From the human T2T-CHM13v2.0 reference genome, Homo sapiens, in the NCBI RefSeq assembly GCF_009914755.1, contig NC_060931.1: a stretch of 64,000 nt of DNA; one strand, given 5' to 3'. Below, piece by piece: positions 39,227 to 52,832 of the stretch. The translations under genes and the position numbers were made by a program. Position 1 is the first letter of the stretch, and each line of letters opens with the position of its first letter. The notes under the pieces were generated by a model that made no database searches, had not been told where the DNA came from, and worked only from the letters and a program-made list of their open reading frames with translations.

Positions 39227-40017
39227 ATAGTAGTTTCAAAATAACCCCCCGAGACAGAAGCTCCAGCAATAATGGCAATTCTCTTAGTGACCTTGAAAGA
39301 GGCCACTCTAAGGACTTGTACTGACAATGACAACGCCAAGAATCATCAGCATAACTTTTAAAATCAGTTTTATTTATTGAAGCTAAAATCAATGCCTCAA
39401 AAAACACCTTATTTTTTCAAATTCACATGAGGGAATTTAGAAACTATTCCTCCTGCTGAAATTAGTCCATGTAAAAGAAAAAAAAAACCCTAAACTTTCT
39501 GGTACAGAATTATTTTCCATAAGATTAGGATTTATATTGATAGAAATCCAAGGAAATTTCTTCCTTCTGTGTTATTCTTGCATCTTAGAGGCCCATTCAG
39601 TAAACCATACTTCTTTTAAATTTATCAACCCTACTGTCTGATAGCCTAAAGTTTTCACTTTTTATGTATTTTAATGTATTTATTAGCAGGCATATATTTA
39701 GCATCAACTATGGGCAAGGCTGTGTTCTAATGAAAATAATAGCTATATAGACATTTGATACATAGCACTTTCCTAAAGGCACTTAAAACTTGTTTATTAT
39801 GTTAAATTATATAAAACAAAGTAATAATATATGCAATGTATATATCATCAATGTATTAATGCATACACATATATGATACTACAACCACAAAAATCTGTGT
39901 TTTAAGCACCAAATAAATAGAATAATCATGAATGCAACATAGTATGTCAGATTTTTTTCACCATGAAGTTACGTGGTTAGGAAAAGCTTTATTATCAATG
40001 TGGGAATTCAATTGTGT

Positions 40018-40393
40018 TATATTAGTCCGTTCTCACACTGCTATAAAGATCCTACCTGAGACTGGGTAATTTATCAGCAAAGGAGTTTTAATTGACTCAC
40101 AGTTCTGCTTGATCCCAGAGGCCTCAGGAAACTTACAATTATGGCAGAAGGGGAAGCAGACACGTCTTACACGACAGCAGGACAGAGACAGAATGAGAGC
40201 AAGAGCAGGGAAAACTGCCTTATAAAACCATCAGCTCTCATGAGAACTCACTCACTGTCAAGAGAACAGCATGGGGGAAACTGCCTCCATGATCCAGTCA
40301 CCTCCCACCTCGTTCCTCCCTGGACACGTGGACATTTTTGGGATTATAATTTGAGATGAGATTTGGGTGAGGACACAGAGCCAAACCATATCA
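40018..40393 (-). mobile_element. THE1D/MSTA-type solo LTR (ERVL-MaLR)
   Basis: 'tatattagtccgttctcacactgctataaag...gaggcctcaggaaacttacaat...gacacagagccaaaccatatca'; 5-bp TSD 'tgtgt' at 40013-40017 and 40394-40398. Confidence 0.95.
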
Positions 40394-40439
40394 TGTGTAA
40401 AAAGTCAATAAACTTCAAATAAATTTAGAACTTTAGTAG

Positions 40440-41070
40440 ACCTAAAAAATAGCATAATAAATAGGCTAACATATAGTGTGTCTAAGACACTCTGAAGTGA
40501 CAAGAATAGACCAGACTTGTGGGAAAGGGAAGAACTGAAAGATCCACTTGGTGAGGTAAGTTAAACTCAGATGCTTAAGTTTTTTGTTTCCAGATAAGGA
40601 ATCTTTGACTGTATTATTTTACAGAAAATTAGAAGTCATGGTAGGCTTTTCCCAAAATAAATTATTTTGAATACAATTTTATGAGGTTTAGTCATAGATG
40701 AATTCATATCAGAGTATTAGAGAGAAAGAAACTGGAGATAAAACACTTGCTCAGGGGCTTTTTCAAAGCCTGTGCCTGATGCGATTTAGAGCCTGACCTA
40801 TATATTATTGGAACAGGAGGGAATGAACACTTTCAAAAGATGGCTTTTTGAAGAACTGGCAGGTCTTGATAAAGGATTTGTTGTGATGGGGCATAAAACA
40901 TAGAATAATTCAGGTTTAATCCTGGGTAATTGAAAGGTGCTTGTATCATTAATAGAGAAAAGGATATTTGTTTTGAGAAGTAAGGATATCTCCATTATAC
41001 AAGTTGAATTTGGGGTAATAGTGGATCATCCAAATGGATATGATTATTGAAATATGAAGACATAAAACTT
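40440..41070 (-). mobile_element. L2 LINE relic
   Basis: Purine-rich degenerate L2-like text ('ggtttaatcctgggtaattgaaaggtg...gttgaatttggggtaatagtggatcatccaaatggatatg'). Confidence 0.55.
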
Positions 41071-43394
41071 GAGATACATATGGATAACGATGCCTGAACA
41101 AACAGGAAGGAAATTTGCTAATGAGAGATCATTTGTGATGATCAAGATTGCAGGCTTCATGGAAGAGTAAAAAACAAAGCAGATTTGGGGCAATAAGAAG
41201 AGAGAGGGAGGTATGTAGATCACGTGTATTTAAGAAACTTAACAATAAAGAGAAGAAATAATAAAAAATATGGGTAAGCCAAGATAAGTTTTCTTTTTTT
41301 TCCACAAAATTCTCTATATGTAGCCAAGTTGTTATTCATGAGTGAAGACAAAATTCATTCTCATATATGCGATGCCTTAGAATATCTGTCACACAGATAC
41401 TTTTCTGAATATATCACTTGAAATTTCAGAACAAATAAAGAGTACCTGAAATCCAGGTTTTAAGAATACAGAAGTACCAGGAAAAAAAAACACTCATAAG
41501 TACTGAAACTTTTTAAACCTACAGAAATATGTGTAAGAAAATATATATGTGTGTATATATGTATGTGTGTATATATATTAATATATTTTACATATATATA
41601 TTTGTGGGTATGTTGTATCAATACCTCCAGGGCTTTTAAGAGAGATATGAAAAATTAATAAAAAATTAAATGACATCTATCATGTGAGTATAAGAAGTGA
41701 TATAAATTTTTAAAAGATACTCATCAGAAATATTCCTGAAATGTAAATGTGGGACTCTTTGGACCTAAGGAGCCATTCAACATGGCTTCCTAGGTTAACC
41801 TGCCTGCCCTTAAAGGAAGCTCTTCTAGAAAGAGTTGTCAAGTTCTTGGCAGAAGAGCCAATTCTTTTGAGTGAATGTCATGTTTCACTGAAGTAAAAGA
41901 ATGAAGACAGAATCAAACAATTTGAGGTGTGGACTACAGTTTACTCTAATTAGACATTCAACTAGAGCCCTAAAAAAATAGTAAGATCTCAGTTAATAAC
42001 TTTTAAATAGAATTAAAAGACTGGGCCTAAGGTAGTCACACTTTACAGCGTGTTTCCAAATATATCATGAAATTCATTCTTTCTGTTTAATAATTAATTA
42101 AAACTTTAAAATTCTCTTTGTAAGGGTTTTATTGGGTGATGTGGCTACCCCACAGGAAATATTTATTCAGAGAATTTAATGGCATAAAATTAATTTCCAT
42201 TGAGATGATTTTGATTTAAAATTTAAGAACATCTGAACAGTCAGTTTCTGAAAAGGTGTTAAAGGCCTTCTGGCTATTTCTTTCATCAACTTTTGTTTTG
42301 CTTTTACTATCCTACCTCATATCTAGCAGGCATGCTATAACATGTCCAGGAGTTTGAAAAATAAATGATTGCAGCTGTCAGTGCCTCCTGCCTGAATTCT
42401 TGAGTTTCTTTATGAATATTCGGGCTGTGCTGTGTTTTCCCCTAGCAAGTTATTTCTAAAGGAAGCAAGATGGCTCTTTCATGTAAATTAATTTCTACAG
42501 CTGTAACTTTTACGCTTAGCCTGGGGCTCCTCTTTGTGACTTTGCATTTATTTAAAACATAGCATTTTGAAAATTATAATGTATTTTTATTGAGTTTAAG
42601 CTTTATTGGAGACAGCTTGAAATTATTACTGGAACTGCATTTTAAAAACAACTAATAAACATGTCCCTCTTAAATAATTGCTTGGTGACTATTTTGCCAC
42701 TGGCGTTCTTCATTTGAACAGGCTGCTTCCAGTGCAGCCTTCATCTGTTTGCCCTTGTCGTCACCACTCTTCATTCTCTTTGGTGGCTTTTTTTTTTTTT
42801 AATTAGCCTAAGGAAACTTTTGTTCAACCACATGATTTAGCCCAAATTAAGAAATGTTATATTTTGAGTATTTTGGAAATTCAGGCTTTCCAAAATTGCT
42901 GTGATCATCCAAGATACTTTATTCTAGCAAACTAAATGTTTTTAAACTATAATTAAAAGAGTTTTTTCTGAGTTATCAAAGTATTCTCAAAATTTTGTCA
43001 ATGCTAGTCACTTTGAAAACTATACTCTGGTTTTACTAAGTGTAGAAACTGCTACAGTCATTTTATACTCTTTATCTTCTTGATATAATCTTAAATTCTA
43101 CCTAAAGACATAAAACCTTGTTTTATTATTGATTTTCTGAATTCTGTTTGGAAGGAATATTTTTTTCCAGACAGTCAAATAATAGGTATCATTGGGAAAT
43201 CTCTTTTTAGAAATAATATTCATCAACACTGTAGAAATGACAATTTTAAAGACAGTGATTATTCTTTTTACTAAAGTAAACAATTATTTTTTGACATCCC
43301 ACATATGATAAAAACTTTACTAATAACCGGAAAAAATAGATTATATAGGAGTACGGTGTTTAAAAAAGAATATTTACTTTTAGGCAGTTTACAT

Positions 43395-43650
43395 CACATC
43401 ATGAAGTATAACTTGGCATCTAGAAGTCAGAGGGAACAACGTTCAAATCCTAAGTCCTCTACTTATGAGCTGTGTGACACTGGATGACTTCACTAACATC
43501 TCTCTACTTCAGTTTTACCGTAGAAAAAATGGGAGCTATAACAGTACCTACCTGAAAAGGCTGTGGAGAAGATGAAATGACAAAGTGAGTGTAAAGTGGC
43601 TGGGGTAGCACCTGGCAGAGTAAGAAAGCTGCTACAAATAGTTGTGGAAT
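43395..43650 (+). mobile_element. MIR SINE
   Basis: 'gttcaaatcctaagtcctctacttatgagctgtgtgacactgg...cttcagtttt...aaaatgggagctataacagtacctacct'. Confidence 0.8.
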
Positions 43651-43919
43651 TACTACCTACATTGACTTTTTTCAGGTAGTGTTTTCAAATCTATGTAAAC
43701 ATACACCAGATGTATTTACACAATAGTTTTCTATTGAGTATTCTGCACACGTACATCTCTCTGTGTGAATTTATTAATGGTAAACAAATACAAGGTCTGA
43801 CTTTTGGAAAACTCAACTCTGGAGAAAAAGTCTTATTAACATTGAACATTTGGGTAGGTATAATTGATATTTCACTGTTAACTGGCAAATCCCCTATTAC
43901 TTACAGATTCAAGCATTTC

Positions 43920-46300
43920 TGTTTACATTAGTTGACCACTTGGATTTGTTATTCTGTGTAGTGCATATTTATGTCCTTTATGTCTATAGTGCTACTTGTT
44001 TTCCCCACCTTTTTAAAAGTTTAACAACGTGTACAAGCTTTTTGTATTACACATATAATAACCCTCTGTTTTTTTGTGGTGTGAGCAATGTCCCACAAAT
44101 CTGTGATTAGCCTACTGACTTTGCTAATATTTTTTTGTTTTTATTTTTATTTTTTGCTTCACAGAAGTTCCTAGTTAGAAGTTCCTAGCTATAGGGTGAA
44201 CTATGTATTAATATCCTTGTCTATAAAACAAAGATGATAATAACTACCTTATGACAATTGTTATAAGAATTCATAAGTAAAGCACTTTTTAAAAACAAAT
44301 CATTGACACGTTGTAAGTGCTATTATGACTTCCTAAAGAACATGTCATCAAATGTGTTTTTCTTTTCCCATATACATTTTAAATTTTCAGTTCTCAACCC
44401 AGAATTATCTTATCTCTATATTGTATATCAAATTTTCTATATGTTCTTGCAAAATTGCTCATGTCTGTTTATTTTATATTGTATAGGACTTTTTAATTCT
44501 CTGATACCAGTATTTTTCAAGATTTCTAGTTGTTCTAACACTCTTTATGAAATAATCCCTTATTTTCTCACTCAGTTGAAATGATTGCCTTGTCATTAGT
44601 ACATTTGTCACAGTACAAATGTCATTAGTACATTTGTATGTTCTGGGATATATTTCTGAATTTTCCTTTCTGTATCTCTAATCCTAAGCCAATACTCTCT
44701 TGGTTTCGTTACAGTGGCTTTACAGTTTTTTGTGGTATTTTCTGTTGTTATATCTCTCTTCTCTATTGTTTATTTGAGAAGCTTTCTTAGTTATTTTTGG
44801 CAATTTATAATTTTATAAAATTTGCATATAATTTGCCCCATTTTATTTCAAAATCTAATTTGTATCCTAATTGAAATGGCATGATATATGTATATTTATT
44901 TTTTAAATGTTTTCTGAAGTTTACCAGATTCATTTTCATCATTTATTGATATAATCATATGTTATTTACATCTTTCAATCTGGTGATATAATGGGTTATG
45001 TAGGTTTCCTGATACACTCTTGTGTAACTGAACAGTCTAGCCTGAAAATACAATTTAAAACTTTTTTTCTTTTTTCCCTAGTCTCAAGATGTAACCTTGA
45101 AGCTTGGAGCAGAAACCTTTTTCTTTTTTTCCCTAGTCTTAAAATAAAGCTTTGAAATGTACTTTCTTTGAAACACCATTTCCCTCCCTTTCTCAACATA
45201 CACTCCCTGACACTATGAACATTTGTCTAACTGTGTGCTTCTATGTAATTATGTGCTTACTTAGAACTTCCAGGAACTAATCTTGAAACAGACCAAGCAC
45301 AGAGAGCCAGCTACAGAAGTCCAGAGATTACCTCAAGGCAGTTAGTCAACAACCCAGCCATTGTTCAGATGACAGCATCCTACACTCCAGGTGGACCATG
45401 GCTCGAGATAACCACCAGAACAAGACACTCCCACCTTGTACTCAGCAGCCTGCCTGCCTGCCTCCCATTGCAAGTTCCCCTTTTTAAGCTCTCCTCCCCA
45501 GCCTAAAGTGTGAAGTGGTTGCTTTGGAAGAGAATCTGGCCGTTTCTCGATTACTAGTGTTGGTTAATAAAGTCACTTTCTTTCTACTACACCTCACTGT
45601 TGTCACTGGACTCTGTAAGTGGTGAGTAGCCAGACCTGCATTTGGTTACAATATTTATTATTAATATTTATTTTCCTGTATTATGATAGACATATGTATC
45701 TTGGAAACCATCTACTTTAAAGAGATTTAGGTTGCCATATAGTTAATAAATATTTAACTATTAATATTCAATAGTCACATAGACATCATAAAATAGTCCT
45801 ACTTTCTGTTGGTAAAAAAGGCTCCAAATGTATCCAGATAATCAATTTTATTCATTGTATTATGCAACTTCTTTATCTTCTCACTTATGTTTGTCTCTAG
45901 CAGTCACGTCCAAATGTGAAAGAAATATATTGAAGTCTCCTAGGATAATTGTAGTTTCATCAAGTCCTTGCATTTCTAATAGGTTTTGTCCTGTTATTTT
46001 CCTGCTAAATTGTGTGTGGCTTGCAGAATTTCGATGTATATATATATATTGCTATCTTGTATCATAATCTAGTGCTTTCTGGAATTCTGTTTAGTTCTAC
46101 TAACTTTGAAAACTACCTTCTCTGGTAGTAATACATCAACTCCCACTTTCTTTCTATATGAATGTTTCTGGAAACTCTTTGTTAACTTGTTTTCAACCTC
46201 AGTCTATAGCACTTTGCCTTAAATATGTTTCACATAAACAGCTTATAGTTATTTTTCTTTGTCTTTATTAACCCATTGTGTCTTTTATATTTTTTTAGTA
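43920..46300 (-). mobile_element. Patchwork of very old antisense L1 (L1M/L1ME) fragments
   Basis: T-rich degenerate antisense L1-like text (e.g. 'aagccaatactctcttggtttcgttacagtggctttacag', 'atatattgaagtctcctaggataattgtag'); interrupted by an LTR. Confidence 0.45.
45023..45650 (+). mobile_element. ERV1-class solo LTR (subfamily uncertain, LTR26-like)
   Basis: Inverted termini 'tgtaac'...'gttaca'; internal ~57-bp repeat 'tttttccctagtct'; AATAAA near 45566 followed by U5-like 'ggactctgtaagtggtgagtagccagacctgc'. Confidence 0.8.
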
Positions 46301-47484
46301 ATCTGAAAGTTCATCTAGCTGTAGTCTGGATGCAGTGATGACCCACAGTCAGTGAGTTCAAAGTGCTGAAACTTTCTTGGCACATGGTAGGAAGAAGGGA
46401 AAAACATTCATATGTGTGTGTATACACACACATACGCATGCATATATATACACATACCCACGTCCCAACCATCTATATCTCTAAAATCTCAGCCAGAAAA
46501 CATTGGACAATGGAGAATTTTTCATTTTAAAAAAGTCTTGTATTTGTACAAATACGGTATTTTACAGAATCATTAAGTCTATCAAATAATCCTGTAATAA
46601 GGGAAGAAACAAGTGTGCATCAGATAATTGAAATAAATCAGCCTGAATATTATCATAAATACTTGAAGGGTAACTAGAGATATTCTTTTTTTATTGACAT
46701 TGATTTTCCTCTTTAGCCTCATATATATGTTGTGTATATCTATCTATCTCTATATATACAATCTATTTTTAATTTTGTTTTATTATTCTTGACCGAAGGA
46801 ACCTCACTCCTAGTTCTGTCTTAACACGCTGTATAATATTTTATTGACCTCATTTTTGTTACCAATTTTTGCTTATTTCATCTATTTTATTTCATACGCC
46901 TTAATGTGCCTTAAAGTGTTGAGAGAAAACAGGAACTGATGCATAAACCTTTGCATATATATTTATATACATGAAAAGACATGACAGTTTGATAGAGAAT
47001 TCAACTGGATTTTTCATGTATCCTTCCATAAAAATATATTTAATGAAAGATAGAAATTTTAATTGAAAATGGAATATAAGAATCAAGAGTATCTTCAAAA
47101 GGTGGTTACCAGGGAAGGGTGAAAATGCTACATCTAAATCTGAGATAATAACTTAATAACTGGGACAAGATACAATGCAGTGTGGATTATTTAATAATAG
47201 AATCAATCTGGTGGTTCTGACTGAATTTCATTTATATCTGGATTCTATTATATTTAGTTTTAAATTGTATTTTAGAAGCATAGAAAAGACATTTTTAAGA
47301 AACCCCCTATTACATATTAAATAATACATATAATCACCTATTTCAGAAGTTTTCAATCTTTATATGCACACATATACACATGTACACACATACATCGCTA
47401 GAGAGAGAGAGTTTAAATTGCCTAGTAAAATTTCTACTATAGCTTTGAAAATTGCTCTCGTTAAAGGAAAAAAATTTGTATAAG

Positions 47485-47620
47485 AAGAGACAAATTCACT
47501 AGACCCTTCCTCAGAAACGTGAATTCAGTAGATTGGCTGTTGGAGCCCAGGAATCCACATTTTAAGAACTCTGATAATTTGGATGCAGTTTAGTGCAACT
47601 ATACTTTGATAAATATCATA
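47485..47620. mobile_element. MER5-like hAT-Charlie relic
   Basis: 'tgaattcagtagattgg...ggagcccaggaatccacattttaagaa...gataatttggatgcag'. Confidence 0.6.
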
Positions 47621-49434
47621 TTGTTTCAATCACCCGATGAGCTCAGTTTCATTTTTTTTCTAATACTACATATTTGTTTTTAGCTCTGTAGTAGAGATAA
47701 AAATAGTGTAAATGTCGCATCCTGTGAAGATGAAACAAGAAACAATGTATTTAATTAGTATAATAGCAAGCACATAGTATGTGTTCACTACGTGTTAACT
47801 TCTGTTTTAATCAATCATTTTCGATTATGGCAATGTTAACATTACACTGTCATTATCTAGTTAGGCACTTGTTCCCCTTTGAACTATAATTGCCCTGAGT
47901 GACGAGAATGCTTCTTTTCTGCATATATACCTCTAGAATCTGGCTTAATGTCCGACATGTTATGTGTTCTCAGTTTATTTGTGTTAAATAAATTAACAAA
48001 CTGAAGTGTGCACACAGAAAAACCACTGAAGCTAGCAGGAGAGCTCAGAGTACGCTAGAAGGTAAAAGAGTTATAAAAGACCCAGGTGATAATTTGACAT
48101 AACAATGTGAGAAGATGAACATCCTGAGGCAATGCTTCCCTCGTCTCCTTTCATAATCTGCTTGAGTCCCTGGTTGTCTCCTCTGGGGAAGAACAGCAAC
48201 CTCATCTGCTCATACATGGACCCCATTCACTTTGCAGCTCTATCCTTGCCTCTGTTACCACCCACTTAGACTACCCCCGCTCCCTACCTTCGCTACTCAT
48301 TGGATTTTGTATCCCTCTACTGAAATAATTATATGGTATTAAACCAAAGATATTACCATTGTTCTTTAAACTAAATTCCTAATAAAAGCACATTAGTGGA
48401 AAATTTCTGTAAGAAAAACATGTTACTAGATATGTTTCTACAATTTTATATACTGCTTGTTTTTTTCTAAGAATATCCCCTACGATACTTTCTTAAGAGT
48501 ACAAGCACAATTAAAACATTAAAATGCATTAAAATAACAAAAGCAGCTATTGAAACAACACTAAATTTCCTCATCTATAGAAAAATATTAAAAAGTATTT
48601 CATTCATAAGCCCTGTTTTAAAGCTAAACACAACCAATTTTAAATATTTCCACTAAATAACCTTAAATTCAAAGAGATATCTATAGATTAAAACATACAT
48701 TTTAAAATAATTATGGTGTTTATATCATTTGAGGCAACAATGACAAGTTTACTAAGAATTAGAGTTTGCTTCTAAAAATGTTACAACTAATAAAATATCA
48801 GATAATTTGGGTATGTTAAATAAGTTGCCACTTAATTATTGCTTTATTGCACTCAGTGATAAATTGAAAGAATTATTGCAGCTTCCCAAAGAAAGTAAAT
48901 TATCCTGAAGTGCATATTATAGTTTAGGAGTATAAGATTTAATACATATTAAAAATGATTTATTATAATTCTCATCTTCCTTTCCATGATGATAGCTGCT
49001 TGAAGAAGGTAAACTCAATGATTTAATCTCTCCTACAGAAGATATTTTCTAGCTTCTTGCTATATGCATATTTTTGTTGTCATGTTTTTCACTTTAATTA
49101 CTCTGACACTACGTGATGTTAATATTTAGTCAGCAAGAATTTTCTCAATGTGTAGTTTTAGAGGTTATGATAAATTAAGGCACTGAACGCATGTCAGTTT
49201 TCTTGGCAGATTCAGCTTCTAAATGAGCTCCCAGGTATTAACACAAACAGAGTTGATGCGGGCATCGTACTGGTGATACTGTGATACAATGTGGTAACAC
49301 ATTAGCTATGCTGTGAAACTGCATAACAGATGCAAAGCAAGATAAGAGGCTCTGAATTTTAAGTTAAATATTACTTCCAAATCATCTGAAGATGACTTAA
49401 ATTATGAACAGTACAAAATTATGTTTGGAGCAGA

Positions 49435-49972
49435 ATTCATTCATTAAACAAATGTTTATCAAACATCTACTAGGTGCCCAGCCCTATCCACAATGCTTAT
49501 AAATCAAAGTTGAAATATCACTGTCTTTCTTTGCAACACAGCTCACTGTCTAGCGACTACCGGGGAATCATAATATGGGCATAAATACTAACTCAGGAGT
49601 CTGCAAGGTGGACAGGCAAGGTTTTTCATCTACCTTGGGAAATCAAGGAGAGTTTTCTATTAGAGGTAGTATTTGGACTGATGTTTGGAGACTGAGAGTA
49701 ATACCGGTAAAGTGAAGTGTGCATGGCTTGGAACTGTTAAGGGCATTATAAGAAAGTGAATGATATGCACAGAGGTTAGAGGGATGTGCCAGTTAAAGAG
49801 GATGTTAGGAATTTGCTAGTAGTTCAACACGGCTGAACTTCATGCTGTGTGTAAGATAGCAGTGAGGTATGAAGCTAAATAGTTAGGGTCAAAGTACAGA
49901 GGGCCTTATGTGTCAAACAAAGGAGTTTGTCTTTTATTCTGTAAATGGTAGGGACACATAAAGGGATTTTAT
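49435..49972 (-). mobile_element. L2 LINE 3' relic
   Basis: L2 tail 'attcattcattaaacaaatgtttatcaaacatctactaggtgcc' and 'agggccttatgtgtc...aaggagtttgtcttttattctgtaaatggtaggga'. Confidence 0.75.
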
Positions 49973-49984
49973 AAAAAATAAAAA

Positions 49985-50200
49985 TAGGTAACATTTATTA
50001 AGCACTTACAAGATGCAGGCACTACACTATGTTGTATGTATGCATTCCCCATTTTTCCCATAAAATGAGCTGTAAAATAGGTATTAAACTGTATCAGAAA
50101 ACCAGAACCTAGAAAAAAAGATACTGGCCCAAAGCCACTTCATTTATTAGCAGATCTGAGCCTGAACCTTAATTTTTTAAATTCTAAGTTCTCTTAACCA
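49985..50200 (-). mobile_element. MIR SINE
   Basis: 'aacatttattaagcacttacaagatgcaggcact...ctggcccaaagccac...ctcttaacca'. Confidence 0.65.
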
Positions 50201-50419
50201 GTGGTATTTTCTGACCCAAAGGAAAGTCAAACAACCCATTAACAACATGTGAATTGCCACTGTGGCAGCAATGTTGTAGAGGGACTTCAGGAGTACAGGA
50301 ACACAGACAAGAAAGTCATCAAGGAAGATTCTTCAGCAGTAGAGGTGATGACTAATATGTGTTTCAATCAGAGACGGAGGAGAAAAAAAAAGATTTAAGA
50401 TACAGATTTAAAAACAGAA

Positions 50420-50892
50420 TACATTAATCAGGGAGGGCCCTGACAAAAAGCAGAAAGCATATGGCACATTCAGACTACATAACAGAAAGCTTAATAAAGG
50501 CACTCTTTACAAAGATATAGGCATAGTTTAGGAATACCATCCAAGGGTTTGGAACCCATAGCTTGCAAAAATAGGGGTGGATTGCTACCCATAAGTCTTG
50601 AAGAGTGAGGGGATGCTGCCAATACTGGAATTCGGGAAAGCAGCAGAGAGAGGGTTGCCCCAGGAACATTGGCATTTGGTAAAGGGACACAATTAACTCA
50701 GTGATCTCTCAGGAAGAGAGGAAAAGTCCCATTATTCTATATGCTGCCTGGGCCTCCTCCAGAAGAACCTAACCTGAAGCCAGCAGGCAAGGATTATCAC
50801 TGATTCAATCTACAAGCATTAGCCTCTCTGGCACAGAGCAGGGTGAAGGAGGGCAGAGTAGAGAAATAGGCAAATGGAAAATACCTAGTTCA
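50420..50892. mobile_element. Ancient LTR relic (ERVL-like, family uncertain)
   Basis: GC-richer ~470-bp block with LTR-like text ('atggcacattcagact', 'aacctgaagccagcaggcaagga', 'ggcaaatggaaaatacctag'). Confidence 0.4.
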
Positions 50893-51019
50893 ACTTATAA
50901 TACGAAGGTTAAGGTGATTGGGAGAAGATAAGGAAAACAGGGAAATAATAAAGGTAAAAAACTGTTAAAGAAATGGTTTGAGGTTTGATAATAATAAATA
51001 AAATGAGTTAAGAAGTTTG

Positions 51020-52386
51020 TTTTTTTTTTTTTTTCTGGGTTGGGCTTATTTCACTTAGCATAATGTCCTTGCATGTTGTCGCGAATGGCAGGATCTCCTT
51101 TTTTTTTTAGAAAAAAAAAACCTAGTAATATTCCATTGTTTATGTATATATAATGTAATTTCTTTATCCATTCATCCACTAGTGAACACAGGTTGATTCT
51201 ATATTACTGTGAATAATGCTGCAACGAATATGGGGCCACAGACATTTCTATGAGGTGCTGATTTTATTTCCTTTGGGCATAAACCCAGAAGAAGGGTTGC
51301 TGGGTCATACAATAGTTCTGATTTTTAATTTTTTGAGAAGCCTCCATACTGTTCTCCATAGTGGGCATATCAGTTTATATTCCCACCAACGATGTTCAAG
51401 CTTCTCTTTTCTCCACACTCTCAACAACACTTGTTATCTCTTGTCTTTTTTATAACAGCCATTCTAACGGGTGTGAGGTAATATCTCATTCTAGTTTTGA
51501 TTTGCATTTCTCTGATAATTAATGATATTGAGTAGTTTTTCATATATTTGTTGGTCATTTTTAAGTCTTCTTTGAAAAAGTGTCTATTCGTGTCTTTTGA
51601 CCACTTAATTGGGATATTTGTTTTTTGTAGGGGTTTTTGTTTTTTTGTTTTTTGCTGTTGAGTTGTTGGAGTTTCTTATATATTTTGGATATTAACCACT
51701 TATCAGAGTTTTTTGCAAAGATTTTCTCTCACTCAGGAAGCTGCCTCATCATTTTGTTGTTTGTTGTTTTGTTGTTTGTTTCTTTTGCTGTGCAGAAGCT
51801 ATTCAGTTTGATACAGTTCCACTTATTAATTTTTCTGTGTGTTGTCTTTTGACATGATATCAAACAACCATTGCTAAGGCCAATATCAAGGACTTTTTCC
51901 TTATGTTTTCCTTTAGAAGTTTTGCAGGTTCAGTTCTTATGTCTATGTCATAATTCATTTTGAGTTGATTTTTGTGTATGATGTAAGGTAACAGTCCAGT
52001 TTCATTATTTTGCTTATGGATATTTAGTTTTCCCAACAGCATTTATTGAAGAGATTATTTATTCCCTACTATGTCTTCTTGATAACCTTGCCAAAGATCT
52101 GTTGATTGTATATGCTTGAGTTTATTTCTGGGCTTACTATTCTATTCCATTGGCCTATGTGTCTATTTTTATGCCAGTGTCATACTCTGCTGATGACTAT
52201 AACTTTGTAATTTATTTTGAAATCAGAAATCGTAATGCTTTCAATTACAATTTTTCTTTCTCAAGATTAGCTATTCAAGAGCTTTTGTGGTTCTATAGGA
52301 ATTTTAGAATTTTTTTCTATTTCTGTAAAAAATGCCATTGTAATTTTCATAAGGATTGCATTGAATCTGTATATCACTTTCAATAG
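51020..52386 (-). mobile_element. LINE-1 (L1MA-type) ORF2 end and 3'UTR start, inverted segment
   Basis: Antisense L1 from 'gcttatttcacttagcataatgtcc' to 'ggattgcattgaatctgtatatcacttt'. Confidence 0.92.
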
Positions 52387-52389
52387 TAA

Positions 52390-52832
52390 GGCAGTAACAT
52401 GGTTGAACCTGGAAGTCATTAAACTAAGTGAAATAAGCCAGATAGAGAAAGTAAAATACTGCACGATCTTATCTGTGGAATCTAAAAGAATGTTGAATAT
52501 GTAGAAATAGAGTAGAATGGTGGTTGCCAGGGGCATAGAGTTGGTAGGAAATGAGAAGGAGGTCAAAGAGTACAGACTTGCAGTTATGTAGGATGAATAA
52601 GTATAGCAATCTAATATGTAGCCTGAGGAGTATCATTAATAATACTATATTTTATACTGAAATTTTTCTAAGAGAGTAGATTTTAGATGGTCTTACCACA
52701 CATACAAAAAACAGCAACTATGGAAGTATATAGGTTAGTTTTCTTGACTGTAGTAAGCACGTCTATATGTATATATATATATATATTTATCAAAACATCA
52801 TATTCTATACCTTAAATATATAAAATAAAGAT
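52390..52832 (+). mobile_element. LINE-1 (L1MA7/8-like) 3'UTR, sense segment
   Basis: 'aacatggttgaacctgg...ctaagtgaaataagccag...gtagaatggtggttgccagggg...taagagagtagatttt...ccttaaatatataaaataaa'. Confidence 0.9.
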
